Source: an uncultured Bacteroidales bacterium (lineage in GTDB: Bacteria > Bacteroidota > Bacteroidia > Bacteroidales > FEN-979). From it: DNA of 64,000 nt. Positions 53,990-63,313 of this stretch are shown one piece after another (position 1 is the first letter of the stretch; each line of letters opens with the position of its first letter). Below the pieces are notes generated by a model, which was not told the origin of the DNA, did no database searches, and was given only the letters and a program-made list of their open reading frames with translations. Made by a program: the position numbers and the translations under genes. The stretch is taken from the NCBI GenBank assembly GCA_903828645.1, contig CAIKNA010000035.1, positions 13,789 to 77,788 on the forward strand. The letters are read 5' to 3'.

Positions 53990-54089
53990 ATTTCTTGGCC
54001 TTTTTTTCCTTTTTCTCCAGCCGTTTTTCTTTCAGTGATTTAGCAGGCTCTTTTTTAGCCTCTTTTTTTTGATCTTGTCCTTTTGACAT
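53988..54089 (-). CDS. small lysine-rich protein, 33 aa (not in the ORF track, which starts at 60 aa)
   Basis: ATG at 54089 to TAG at 53988: MSKGQDQKKEAKKEPAKSLKEKRLEKKEKKAKK. It lies 41 nt downstream of the DUF3127 gene on the same strand and is followed by a hairpin. Confidence 0.45.
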   Translation of the reverse strand: MSKGQDQKKEAKKEPAKSLKEKRLEKKEKKAKK

Positions 54090-54130
54090 GGCGTTTGGTG
54101 TTAAGGTTGTTTGACTTGGTTGATGATATG

Positions 54131-54475
54131 CTAAAATGGCATTCCATCGCCTGCAGGCATCTCATAGTAACCAGGAAGCGGTTCCTGTTCGGACGGGCTC
54201 GATTGCCCCGAACCTTTTTTTACGATTTTCCAGGCTTTGGCTTCAGTGTACCAGCGGTTATTGAACTCCCGGCTTTCGAGGTCGAAGGATACTTCGGCAT
54301 CCTCGCCTTCGGCCAGTTTAAACTGGTCGATTTTATCACCCCAGAGCGAAAAACAGATTTTACGGGGTATCTGGGCAGCAGTTTCAAGGATGAATTCCTG
54401 CTTTTTCCAGGTTCCGTTTTTACCTTCACCCGACTGAAGCGACAATATTTTAATAATCCTACCTGTTATTTCCAT
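54131..54475 (-). CDS. DUF3127-family (OB-fold-like) protein, 114 aa
   Basis: MEITGRIIKILSLQSGEGKNGTWKKQEFILET...FSLWGDKIDQF matches the DUF3127 pattern as I remember it. The first ATG is at 54475. Confidence 0.65.
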   Translation of the reverse strand: MEITGRIIKILSLQSGEGKNGTWKKQEFILETAAQIPRKICFSLWGDKIDQFKLAEGEDAEVSFDLESREFNNRWYTEAKAWKIVKKGSGQSSPSEQEPLPGYYEMPAGDGMPF

Positions 54476-54697
54476 GATAATCAATTACGTTAAAGAGATG
54501 CTTCATGTTGAATTTCACCGGACCAAATTAAAACAAATTGAAATACGAAAACCGATTGTTGATAATTTTGGTTGGCAACCCTTTTAATGGTTTTTGTCAG
54601 GCTCTCCACTTTTTCCCTAAACAGGCATTCGAATACCTGAATTGTTGTATCTTTGCCAGTCAAAGTGCCGGACTGCTTGCGGTGGCATAAAAATGAC

Positions 54698-54705
54698 TAG
54701 ATTTG
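54698..54705 (+). promoter_or_regulatory. Bacteroidota -7 box (TAGATTTG) for the suf operon
   Basis: Exact TAnnTTTG, 17 nt upstream of the sufB ATG. Confidence 0.45.
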
Positions 54706-54722
54706 TTTTAAATTACTGATTC

Positions 54723-56180
54723 ATGGAATCCGAAGCGAACAAAATCCTGGATGAAGTCACTCAGGGTGATTACAAGTACGGCTTTGTCACGGATATCGAC
54801 ACAGAATTTGCCCCTGTCGGGCTTTCTGAAGATACCATCCGCTATATTTCGACGAAAAAGAACGAACCTGAATTCATGTTGGAATTCAGGCTGAAAGCAT
54901 ACCGCCACTGGCTTACACTGGTGCAGCCAAAATGGGCCCACCTCAGGATCGGTCCGATCAACTTCCAGGAGATCATCTTTTATGCCGCACCAAAGAAAAA
55001 AAAGGAGCTGTCCAGCCTCGATGAGGTTGACCCCGAATTGCTGGCTACATTTAACAAGCTTGGGATTTCGCTGGATGAGCAAAAAAAGCTGGCCGGCGTG
55101 GCAGGAATTGCAGTGGATGCAGTGATCGACAGCGTATCGGTGAAGACCACTTTTTCAGATACCCTTTCAAAGCATGGGATTATCTTTTGCTCTTTCAGTG
55201 AGGCAGTGCAGAACCATCCCGCGCTGGTGAAGCAATATATGGGGTCGGTAGTGCCTTATACCGATAACTATTTTGCCGCGCTCAATTCAGCGGTATTCAG
55301 TGATGGTTCATTCTGTTTTATTCCAAAAGGCGTTCGATGCCCCATGGAATTATCCACCTATTTCAGGATCAATGCCGCCAATACCGGGCAGTTTGAACGC
55401 ACGCTGATCGTGGCCGAAGAGGGCGCTTATGTGAGTTACATGGAAGGCTGTACGGCGCCCCAGCGCGATGAGAACCAGCTTCATGCCGCCATCGTTGAGA
55501 TCGTTGCCATGAAAGATGCCGAAGTGAAATATTCAACTGTGCAAAACTGGTACCCCGGCGATAAAAACGGGTTGGGAGGGATATACAATTTCGTGACGAA
55601 ACGGGGAATTTGCAAGGGAAATAACTCCAAGATCAGCTGGACCCAGGTGGAGACCGGATCGGCCATTACGTGGAAATATCCGAGTTGCATCCTGCTTGGC
55701 GACAACTCGGTGGGCGAGTTCTATTCGGTTGCCGTCACCAATAACTACCAGCAGGCCGACACAGGAACAAAGATGACGCATCTTGGAAAGAATACCCGGA
55801 GCACGATCATTTCCAAGGGGATATCCGCCGGGAAAAGCAACAACTCATACCGCGGCCTGGTGCGCATTTCGAAAAATGCCGTCAACTCGCGCAACTACAG
55901 CCAGTGTGATTCGCTGCTGCTTGGCGCCCGATGCGGGGCACATACCTATCCCTACATCCAGGTTGACAATAAGTCCTCGATCGTTGAACATGAAGCCACC
56001 ACATCCAAAATTTCCGAAGACCAGCTTTTTTATTGCCAGCAGCGCGGGATTTCTGCGGAAAGCGCCATCGGGCTGATCGTAAACGGTTATGCCAAGGAGG
56101 TGTTGAAACAACTGCCCATGGAATTCGCGGTGGAAGCACAAAAATTGCTGTCGATCTCCCTGGAAGGAAGCGTTGGGTAA
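54723..56180 (+). CDS. sufB: Fe-S cluster assembly protein SufB
   Basis: 485 aa. YKYGF..., the conserved C-terminal SufB/D fold ([16 protein letters not shown]...SYRG) and [18 protein letters not shown]. Confidence 0.95.
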   Translation: MESEANKILDEVTQGDYKYGFVTDIDTEFAPVGLSEDTIRYISTKKNEPEFMLEFRLKAYRHWLTLVQPKWAHLRIGPINFQEIIFYAAPKKKKELSSLDEVDPELLATFNKLGISLDEQKKLAGVAGIAVDAVIDSVSVKTTFSDTLSKHGIIFCSFSEAVQNHPALVKQYMGSVVPYTDNYFAALNSAVFSDGSFCFIPKGVRCPMELSTYFRINAANTGQFERTLIVAEEGAYVSYMEGCTAPQRDENQLHAAIVEIVAMKDAEVKYSTVQNWYPGDKNGLGGIYNFVTKRGICKGNNSKISWTQVETGSAITWKYPSCILLGDNSVGEFYSVAVTNNYQQADTGTKMTHLGKNTRSTIISKGISAGKSNNSYRGLVRISKNAVNSRNYSQCDSLLLGARCGAHTYPYIQVDNKSSIVEHEATTSKISEDQLFYCQQRGISAESAIGLIVNGYAKEVLKQLPMEFAVEAQKLLSISLEGSVG

Positions 56181-56221
56181 TTTACGATTTACGATTTACG
56201 ATTTACGATTTACGATTTACG
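56180..56221. repeat. tandem heptamer array (ATTTACG)x6
   Basis: Starts on the last base of the sufB TAA (56178-80). A degenerate TTTGAC/TTTGAT heptamer-like tract follows at 56234-56267. Confidence 0.95.
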
Positions 56222-56276
56222 ATTTTTGCGCTGATTTGACTTTTGACATTCATATTTGATTTTTGAATTTTTTTCT

Positions 56277-57029
56277 ATGTTATTACAAATTAAAAACCTG
56301 CATGCCAGTATTCATGGCAAAGAGATTCTCAGGGGGGTCGACCTCGAAGTGAACAAGGGCGAAGTGCATGCCATCATGGGGCCGAACGGAACCGGGAAAA
56401 GCACCCTGGCTTCAGTCATTGCCGGGAGGGAAGTTTTTGATGTCACGGCCGGGGAGATACTCTACCAGGGGAAAGACCTTCAGAAACTTTCCATTGAAGA
56501 CCGTGCCCGCGAAGGGATATTTCTTGGATTTCAGTATCCGGTGGAAATTCCGGGGGTGAGCATCACCAACTTTATGCGCACCGCGGTGAATGAAGTACGC
56601 AAGTTCAAGGGACTTGACCCGCTGCCGGGAGGTGAGTTTCTCAGGCTGATGGAAGAGAAGAAAAGGCTGGTCGAAATCACCTCGAATCTCACAAACCGCT
56701 CGGTAAATGAAGGCTTTTCAGGAGGCGAAAAGAAAAAAAATGAAATTTTCCAGATGGCGATGCTTGAACCCATGCTGGCCATCCTCGATGAAACTGACTC
56801 GGGGCTCGATATCGATGCCCTGCGCATCGTGGCCAATGGCGTGAACAAATTGCGGCGCCCCGACAACGCTTTCGTGATAATCACTCATTACCAGCGGCTT
56901 CTCGACTATATCATTCCCGACTTTGTGCATGTGCTGTTTGAAGGCAAAATTGTCAAATCGGGGGGGAAAGAACTGGCGCTCGAACTCGAAGAAAAGGGTT
57001 ACGACTGGATAAAAAAAGAACAAGAGTAG
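56277..57029 (+). CDS. sufC: Fe-S cluster assembly ATPase SufC
   Basis: Start moved to MLLQIKNLHASI (ATG at 56277). Walker A GPNGTGKST, ABC signature FSGGEKKK, Walker B ILDETDSGLD. Confidence 0.95.
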   Translation: MLLQIKNLHASIHGKEILRGVDLEVNKGEVHAIMGPNGTGKSTLASVIAGREVFDVTAGEILYQGKDLQKLSIEDRAREGIFLGFQYPVEIPGVSITNFMRTAVNEVRKFKGLDPLPGGEFLRLMEEKKRLVEITSNLTNRSVNEGFSGGEKKKNEIFQMAMLEPMLAILDETDSGLDIDALRIVANGVNKLRRPDNAFVIITHYQRLLDYIIPDFVHVLFEGKIVKSGGKELALELEEKGYDWIKKEQE

Positions 57030-57086
57030 CACATCCACCCCTCTCCTGAAGGAGAACGGGCCCGGGGTGAGGTAAAAACATTTGCA

Positions 57087-58496
57087 ATGCAACCCGAAAA
57101 TAAAGAAATAATAACAGCTGAACGGTTTATCTCCCTGTTTGAAAAAAACCGGGCTTTCCTGGAAACCTTTGATACAAAAGCCCTGGTCAAAATCCGCGAG
57201 GATGCCATGGCTTCATTTACCAGGCTGGGATTCCCTGATACCACCATGGAAACCTGGCGCCTGACCGACCTTGAGGAGAGTTTTAACCGTGGTTATGATT
57301 ACCACCTTCAACCGTTCGAAGATGTGGATGCTCAGAAGGTGTTCCGGTGCAACATTCCCCATCTCGATACCGCCGTGATCGGGCAACTCAACGGGTGGTA
57401 TGTTTCAAAAGATGTCCCGCTGATGGAGCTTGGCAACGGGATCATCATGGGCAGCCTGGCGGATGCCCGTAAAAAATACCCGCAATTAATCGAAAAATAT
57501 TTTGGCACCATGGCCGATGATGCCGGCGAAGGATTCACCGCACTGAATACTGCTTATACCCAGGACGGGGTTTTTATTTATGTGCCCGACAACGTGAAAA
57601 GCCCGAAACCGGTGCAATTGATCAACGTGATCCATCATGACCAGAACCTTTTCCTGCAGTCGCGTAACCTCATCGTGGTCGGAGCCAATGCAAGGCTCTC
57701 ACTCGTACATTGCGATGATTCATACAACCACCAGGCAAGTTTTTCAAATATTGTCACAGAGATCCACGTAGGTGAACATGGTGTGATGGATCATTACAAA
57801 CTGCAGAATCTCAATAACAACAGCACCCTCATCAGTTCTGTTTATTTCCGGATGGAGGCATCGGCCAGCCTGGAGTCTCATTACATCTCCCTGAACGGCG
57901 GCCTCCTTCGGAACAACATCCGGGTGCTTTTCAATGGCCCGCACGGTACCGCCAATATTTACGGCATTTATCTCATGGACCGCAGGCAGCATGTCGACAA
58001 CCAGGTATTTGTGGACCATGCTCATTCCGGTTGTACCAGCAATGAGACCTTCAAGGGAATCCTGGATGAGAATGCCCGCGCCATCTTCAACGGACATGTG
58101 CTGGTTCGCCGCAATGCCACGAAAACAGATGCGCGTCAGAGCAACAAGAATATTTTACTCACCGATACGGCAAGGGTTAATTCGAAACCCTTCCTGGAGA
58201 TCTACAATGATGATGTTAAATGCTCTCATGGCTCAACTACCGGCCAGCTTGACCCGGAATCGATGTTTTACCTGCGTCAGCGCGGCATCGGAGAGGAGAC
58301 CGCCCGTATGTTGCTGATGTTTGCCTTTGCCGACGAGATTGTAACGAAAATTGCCATCCCGCAGCTGCGCCAGCGCATCGAGGATATGGTTAAGAAAAGG
58401 TTGCAGGGGGAACTTCAGATTTGCGAACAGTGTGTGCTACATTGCAGTACACCGGAACACCCGATGGAGTTTCAGATAGATATGAGCAAAATTTAG
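57087..58496 (+). CDS. sufD: Fe-S cluster assembly protein SufD
   Basis: 469 aa in the sufB-sufC-sufD order. C-terminal SufB/D fold (KPFLEIYNDDVKCSHGSTTGQLD...FYLRQRGI). Confidence 0.9.
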   Translation: MQPENKEIITAERFISLFEKNRAFLETFDTKALVKIREDAMASFTRLGFPDTTMETWRLTDLEESFNRGYDYHLQPFEDVDAQKVFRCNIPHLDTAVIGQLNGWYVSKDVPLMELGNGIIMGSLADARKKYPQLIEKYFGTMADDAGEGFTALNTAYTQDGVFIYVPDNVKSPKPVQLINVIHHDQNLFLQSRNLIVVGANARLSLVHCDDSYNHQASFSNIVTEIHVGEHGVMDHYKLQNLNNNSTLISSVYFRMEASASLESHYISLNGGLLRNNIRVLFNGPHGTANIYGIYLMDRRQHVDNQVFVDHAHSGCTSNETFKGILDENARAIFNGHVLVRRNATKTDARQSNKNILLTDTARVNSKPFLEIYNDDVKCSHGSTTGQLDPESMFYLRQRGIGEETARMLLMFAFADEIVTKIAIPQLRQRIEDMVKKRLQGELQICEQCVLHCSTPEHPMEFQIDMSKI

Positions 58497-58502
58497 AAAA
58501 GG

Positions 58503-58537
58503 AATATCGAATATCGAATATTGAATAACGAATTTTT
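58503..58537. repeat. tandem heptamer array (AATATCG)x4-5, decaying
   Basis: aatatcg aatatcg aatattg aataacg aattttt, in the 53-nt spacer after sufD. Confidence 0.85.
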
Positions 58538-58549
58538 CGACCGGTTATC

Positions 58550-60370
58550 ATGAATTCCCCGGAATCTGTTTACAAAGAGCGTATCAGGGAGTTTACTTCC
58601 GGAATCGGCCATTTGCGTAAGCCTTTGAGGTGGATTCCCTGGCTGAGGCTTTTATGCTTCATCCTGACCGGCTTTTCGATTTTTTATGCTTTCAAATTTC
58701 CGGGGGCGCTGTTTATTGTTGCTTCTTCATTGTCATTTGCCGGCTTCCTCCTTGCAGGATGGTATGACAGCCGCCTGAAAAAAGGGATGCTACGACTCGA
58801 AAATCTCATCCGGATCAACCGGCAGGAGGTTGCCTCAATGGATGGCGACTTTTCGGAATTTGACCCCGGGGATGCGTTTGTCAATCACGACCATCCCTAT
58901 ACCCACGACCTTGATCTGTTTGGAGCGGGATCGTTGTTCCAGTATGTGAACCGCACTTCGACCATCTTTGGAAGAGAGCGGCTGGCCGATTATTTCAACA
59001 ATGCATTCCAGTACAGTGATCAGGTGCTTGCCCGTCAGCAGGCGATCAGGGAACTCTCCGGAAATATTGAGTTCAGGCAGCACCTTCAGTTGATTTTCAT
59101 TGGTCAGGATACCTCCCCGGGCGATCGTGATGCCCTGAACGGATGGCTGGAAGGGAAAGATGGTATGAAATGGCTCAGGCCTGTGAAAATCATTTCCTTC
59201 TTCCTTCCTGTGATTACCATCAGCACCATCGTGCTGTCTGCGGCCGGCTTGCTGCCTTACCAGTTGCCTTTGATGATGGTGATGCTGCAGCTGTTTCTCG
59301 TTTTCGCCTATGGACGAAAAACAATGCTTACAAGCCAGGCGGTTACTTCCCTTGTAGGAATTCTGCGAAAATATGCCATGGCACTTTCCCTGGCCGAAGA
59401 GGTTCCTTTTACATCAGATTTCAACAGGGAGTTGCAGAACAATCTCAGATCCGGATCCCGGGAGACGCCGGGCAGGGTGATCAAACAAATTTCGGGGTTG
59501 CTGAACATGCTGGATTCCAACCTCAACATCCTGGTTTCGGTGATGATGAACGGACTGTTTATGTTCAACATCCATATACTGATAGCTGTGGAACGGTGGC
59601 GGTTAAGGTACCGCAGCCAGGTTCCGGTCTGGTTTGAAGTACTCACCGAACTGGACGCCCTGTCGAGCCTTGGAACTTATGCGTTCAATAACCCTGATTA
59701 CAGCTACCCGGAGCCGGTAACGGATAATTTTCAATTTCGTGCCGAAAAGATGGGTCATCCACTGATCATTGGGGATACTTGCGTAACCAATGATATAGAA
59801 ATCAACGGGTGGAACCAGTTTTGCATCATTACCGGGGCAAACATGTCGGGTAAAAGTACCTTTCTGCGTACGGTCGGCATCAATTTGCTTCTGGCCATGA
59901 CGGGGGCACCGGTTTTTGCCCGGAGGCTCACTTTTTATCCGATTGAAATACACAGCAGCATCCGTACCAACGACTCACTCGCGAAACGGGAATCCTATTT
60001 TTACGCCGAACTCCGCCGGTTGAAAGAGATCATTGACGGGCTTGAAAGCGGACGGCAAAAGCTGATCCTGCTTGACGAAATCCTGAAGGGAACCAATTCG
60101 TCCGATAAACAAACGGGGTCCATTGCCCTGATCAAACAACTGATGAAGTACAAACTTGCGGGACTTTTTGCCACCCACGATCTTGCCCTGGGAAACCTGG
60201 TCAGCCACTACCCGGAGAACATCCGGAACCTGTGTTTTGAGATCCACCTTTCAGGCGACAGGATGGAGATCGATTACAAACTGTCGCCCGGAGTTTGCAA
60301 AAACCTGAATGCATCATTCCTGATGAAAAGCATGGGGATCATCCTGGATGAAGACCCCGGTGCCGCCTGA
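58550..60370 (+). CDS. MutS-family ATPase-domain protein with N-terminal and internal TM helices (MutS-related, no mismatch-binding domain), 606 aa
   Basis: MutS domain V: Walker A GANMSGKSTFLRTVG, Walker B LILLDEILKGTNSSDK and THD. Several hydrophobic helices in the N-terminal half. Confidence 0.75.
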   Translation: MNSPESVYKERIREFTSGIGHLRKPLRWIPWLRLLCFILTGFSIFYAFKFPGALFIVASSLSFAGFLLAGWYDSRLKKGMLRLENLIRINRQEVASMDGDFSEFDPGDAFVNHDHPYTHDLDLFGAGSLFQYVNRTSTIFGRERLADYFNNAFQYSDQVLARQQAIRELSGNIEFRQHLQLIFIGQDTSPGDRDALNGWLEGKDGMKWLRPVKIISFFLPVITISTIVLSAAGLLPYQLPLMMVMLQLFLVFAYGRKTMLTSQAVTSLVGILRKYAMALSLAEEVPFTSDFNRELQNNLRSGSRETPGRVIKQISGLLNMLDSNLNILVSVMMNGLFMFNIHILIAVERWRLRYRSQVPVWFEVLTELDALSSLGTYAFNNPDYSYPEPVTDNFQFRAEKMGHPLIIGDTCVTNDIEINGWNQFCIITGANMSGKSTFLRTVGINLLLAMTGAPVFARRLTFYPIEIHSSIRTNDSLAKRESYFYAELRRLKEIIDGLESGRQKLILLDEILKGTNSSDKQTGSIALIKQLMKYKLAGLFATHDLALGNLVSHYPENIRNLCFEIHLSGDRMEIDYKLSPGVCKNLNASFLMKSMGIILDEDPGAA

Positions 60371-60378
60371 CAGCCGGA

Positions 60379-63183
60379 TTATTTTTTTGGTACGAGTTCC
60401 GGCTTCCCGAAACCGATCTTTTCCAGTGGTTCCAGTTGAGTTTTGGCATCTCCGGCAACGACATAATACATCTTCGACGGATCTATGTACTTCCCGGCCA
60501 GGGTTTTGAGACGGTCAAGTGTCATGTTTTTAATGATCTCCTGTTCCCCTTTGACATAGTCAGCAGGCAATTTAAACATGCTGATATCGCTCAGCATCCC
60601 GATTTTTGCATCCAGCGTTTCAAACTGCCTGGCATATCCCTTGATCAGGGAATTGCGGGTAAATTCAAGGTCTTCCGGTTTTATCTCCTTGCCGTACCGG
60701 GTCATCAGGTCCTTGAATATTTCAACGGATTCCTCCGTCGCAGAAGAGCGAACGCTTGCGAGGGCCACGAAAGTGCCGGAAAAAATCCCGCCCGAAAAGT
60801 TGGTCCGGGCGCCATAGGTGAACCCTTTTTCTTCACGCAGGATGAGATTCACATTGCCATTGAACGAACCGCCAAGTTTGTAATTCGCCACCACGGCCGG
60901 GAAATATTCCTTGTCCTGCCGGGCCAGTCCCAGGCATCCGATGTTGATGACCGACTGCTTTGCACCGGGAACATCCACAAAGAAAATTTTTGGCTCCTTC
61001 AAAGGCGCCGGGACCCTGTATTCAGGAAATACGACCTCTTTCGCCTTCCATTCAGCCGCAAGAGGCTGCAGGGATAACAGCACCTTATCCATGGTGATGC
61101 TGCCGGCAACCTGGAATGCTGCAACCGAGGGGGAAAATGCCTTGTTATAAAATGCCCTCAGGTCGTCCAGGGTGATGGCATTGACCGACTCTTCGGTGCC
61201 CAGCCGGTCGGTGGAAAGGATGTTGCCCTTGCCATAGACCAACTCGTTGAATTCATTCCTGGAAAGGATTGTCGGGTTGGCTTTCTGACGTTTGATGTTG
61301 TTGAGCAAACGGGTTTTTGCCAAGGCAAACTCAGCTTCATCCCAACGGGGTTCCAGCAGGATCTCCTTTGCAAGTGAGAGAACCTGGTCGTAATTCCGGG
61401 TAAGCGAGTTGGCCTTGAGGGTGATGGAGTTGTTTGTAACATTGAGGTCGATGGAGGCTCCAAGTTTTTCTATCTCTTCTTCCAAAACCAGCGGGGTCTT
61501 GTTTTTGGTTCCTTCCATCATCATTACGCAAACAAGGTTTGCAACGCCTGGCTTTTCAATCGGGTCGAGGTAGTGGCCTCCTTTTATCTCCACGGAAAAC
61601 TGGACCAGGGGAAGTTCATTTTGTTCAATGCCATATACCTCCATGCCATTTGCCAGTTTGGAATTCCACACCAGCGGAAGGTTGAGCGACGGATCGGGCC
61701 CGTCGGCAGGCATCACCGAGCGGTCGATGAGCGTGGGGGTTTTGACAATGGCCTCCTCCGTTTTAGCTTTTTTGTCAGCGGGTGTGACATCGGTGATATT
61801 TTCTTCCTTTACATCGGCTTTTACCGAGCCGTCAACGATCATGCTAACCTGGCCTTTAGGAACAAAACTCGTGACAAGAAATGGTTTGTCTTTGATATAT
61901 TTTGCGTAAACCCGGAGAATATCTGATTTTGTCACCGATTTTAATTTCTCGATGTCGGTCTTGTAGTAGGCGGGGTCGCCTTTATCTTCATTGTAGGATG
62001 CCAGCTGGAATGACTTTCCAAGGATACTGCTGATGCCGTTGTAAAAATCTGTCTCCTGGCTTGCCTTGATTCGCTCCACATCCTCATCGGTAAAGCCATC
62101 CTTTTCAAACATGGTAAAAGCGTCGAACACACTTTTCTCCACCTCATTCAGGTTAACGCCATCATTGGCAGTAACGCTGATGACAAAAGTGCCGGCAATT
62201 TCCTGCGATCCATTGGAAGCGCGCTGGCTCGAAGAAAGTTTCTTCTCTTTTTCAAGAATTTTATAGAGGGGTGCCTTCTTTCCGCGCGACAGCAACTGGG
62301 CAAGGTATTCAAGCGGGTATGAATCATCATTGTAGGCTTCAACGGTCGGCCAGATCATCCTGAGTTGTGAGGCTTTTGCAAAGTTGTCTTCATAATATAC
62401 CTTTTTGGTTTTTACCAGGGTAACCGGGATTGGCTTTGGATCGGTGACAGATTTTCCGGGTTTTATTTCCCCGAAGTATTTTTCGATCAGTTTTTTAGCA
62501 CTTTTTTCATCAAAATCGCCGGCAAGCACCAGCGTTGCATTATTGGGATTATAGTATTTCTCATGAAAGGCTTTCACATCTGTAACCGTCGCGTTTTTCA
62601 GGTCTTCCATCTCCCCGATCACAGTCCAGCTGTAGGGATGTCCCTTTGGGTAAAGGTTTGTGGCGATGACCCAGCTGGTATACCCGTAAGGCTGGTTGTC
62701 ATAGTTTTGACGTTTTTCGTTCTGCACGACATTTTGCTGGTTGCTGAAGGCAGATTCAGTAACGGTGTTGATCATGTACCCCATGCGGTCTGACTCCATC
62801 CAGAGGATTTTTTCCAGCGCATTGTTCGGAACGATTTCATAATAGGTTGTGGCATCGCTTCCTGTTCCGCCATTCAGGGTTCCTCCTGCATTCTGAATTA
62901 TTTTAAAGAACTGGTCCTCTCCGACATTCTCCGACCGCTGGAACATCATGTGTTCGAAAAGATGGGCAAAGCCGGTGCGCCCTTCAACTTCACGGTTTGA
63001 TCCCACATGGTAACGGATGGCGAGCGCCACGATGGGGTCGGAACGGTCGATATGCAGGATTACATCAAGCCCGTTGGGCAGGGTATACTTCTCGAATTCA
63101 ATTTTTAATTCACTCTTTTGCTGGCTCATGGCCGGCAGGAATAGCATTAGAACGGCGAACAATAAGATGATCTTTTTATTCAT
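60379..63183 (-). CDS. M16-family (insulinase/pitrilysin-like) zinc peptidase, secreted, double-module, 934 aa
   Basis: Signal peptide. HxxEH motif HLFEHMMFQ with a downstream E. Two tandem M16 active/inactive module pairs, judged from length. Confidence 0.85.
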   Translation of the reverse strand: MNKKIILLFAVLMLFLPAMSQQKSELKIEFEKYTLPNGLDVILHIDRSDPIVALAIRYHVGSNREVEGRTGFAHLFEHMMFQRSENVGEDQFFKIIQNAGGTLNGGTGSDATTYYEIVPNNALEKILWMESDRMGYMINTVTESAFSNQQNVVQNEKRQNYDNQPYGYTSWVIATNLYPKGHPYSWTVIGEMEDLKNATVTDVKAFHEKYYNPNNATLVLAGDFDEKSAKKLIEKYFGEIKPGKSVTDPKPIPVTLVKTKKVYYEDNFAKASQLRMIWPTVEAYNDDSYPLEYLAQLLSRGKKAPLYKILEKEKKLSSSQRASNGSQEIAGTFVISVTANDGVNLNEVEKSVFDAFTMFEKDGFTDEDVERIKASQETDFYNGISSILGKSFQLASYNEDKGDPAYYKTDIEKLKSVTKSDILRVYAKYIKDKPFLVTSFVPKGQVSMIVDGSVKADVKEENITDVTPADKKAKTEEAIVKTPTLIDRSVMPADGPDPSLNLPLVWNSKLANGMEVYGIEQNELPLVQFSVEIKGGHYLDPIEKPGVANLVCVMMMEGTKNKTPLVLEEEIEKLGASIDLNVTNNSITLKANSLTRNYDQVLSLAKEILLEPRWDEAEFALAKTRLLNNIKRQKANPTILSRNEFNELVYGKGNILSTDRLGTEESVNAITLDDLRAFYNKAFSPSVAAFQVAGSITMDKVLLSLQPLAAEWKAKEVVFPEYRVPAPLKEPKIFFVDVPGAKQSVINIGCLGLARQDKEYFPAVVANYKLGGSFNGNVNLILREEKGFTYGARTNFSGGIFSGTFVALASVRSSATEESVEIFKDLMTRYGKEIKPEDLEFTRNSLIKGYARQFETLDAKIGMLSDISMFKLPADYVKGEQEIIKNMTLDRLKTLAGKYIDPSKMYYVVAGDAKTQLEPLEKIGFGKPELVPKK

Positions 63184-63288
63184 GATACAGGGCAGTTTTT
63201 AGGAGGTTTAAATTGGTGTTAAAACTACGAATATTTTTCCGTTTTATGAATTGCCTCCTCTTTTGAACCTCCCCGTTTTTATCTTTCG

Positions 63289-63296
63289 TACTTTTG
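63289..63296 (+). promoter_or_regulatory. Bacteroidota -7 box (TACTTTTG)
   Basis: Exact TAnnTTTG, 17 nt upstream of the sufS ATG. Confidence 0.45.
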
Positions 63297-63313
63297 CGGT
63301 TTAATACACAATC

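Noticed and set aside
8724-56221. Could the repeat arrays be CRISPR arrays or minisatellite assembly artefacts?
   Set aside because: Units are 7 nt and directly adjacent with no spacers, and no cas genes are present, so they are not CRISPR arrays. The arrays are short (21-63 nt), sit in unique flanks and occur at consistent positions next to stop codons, which argues against assembly artefacts. Only raw reads could prove this.
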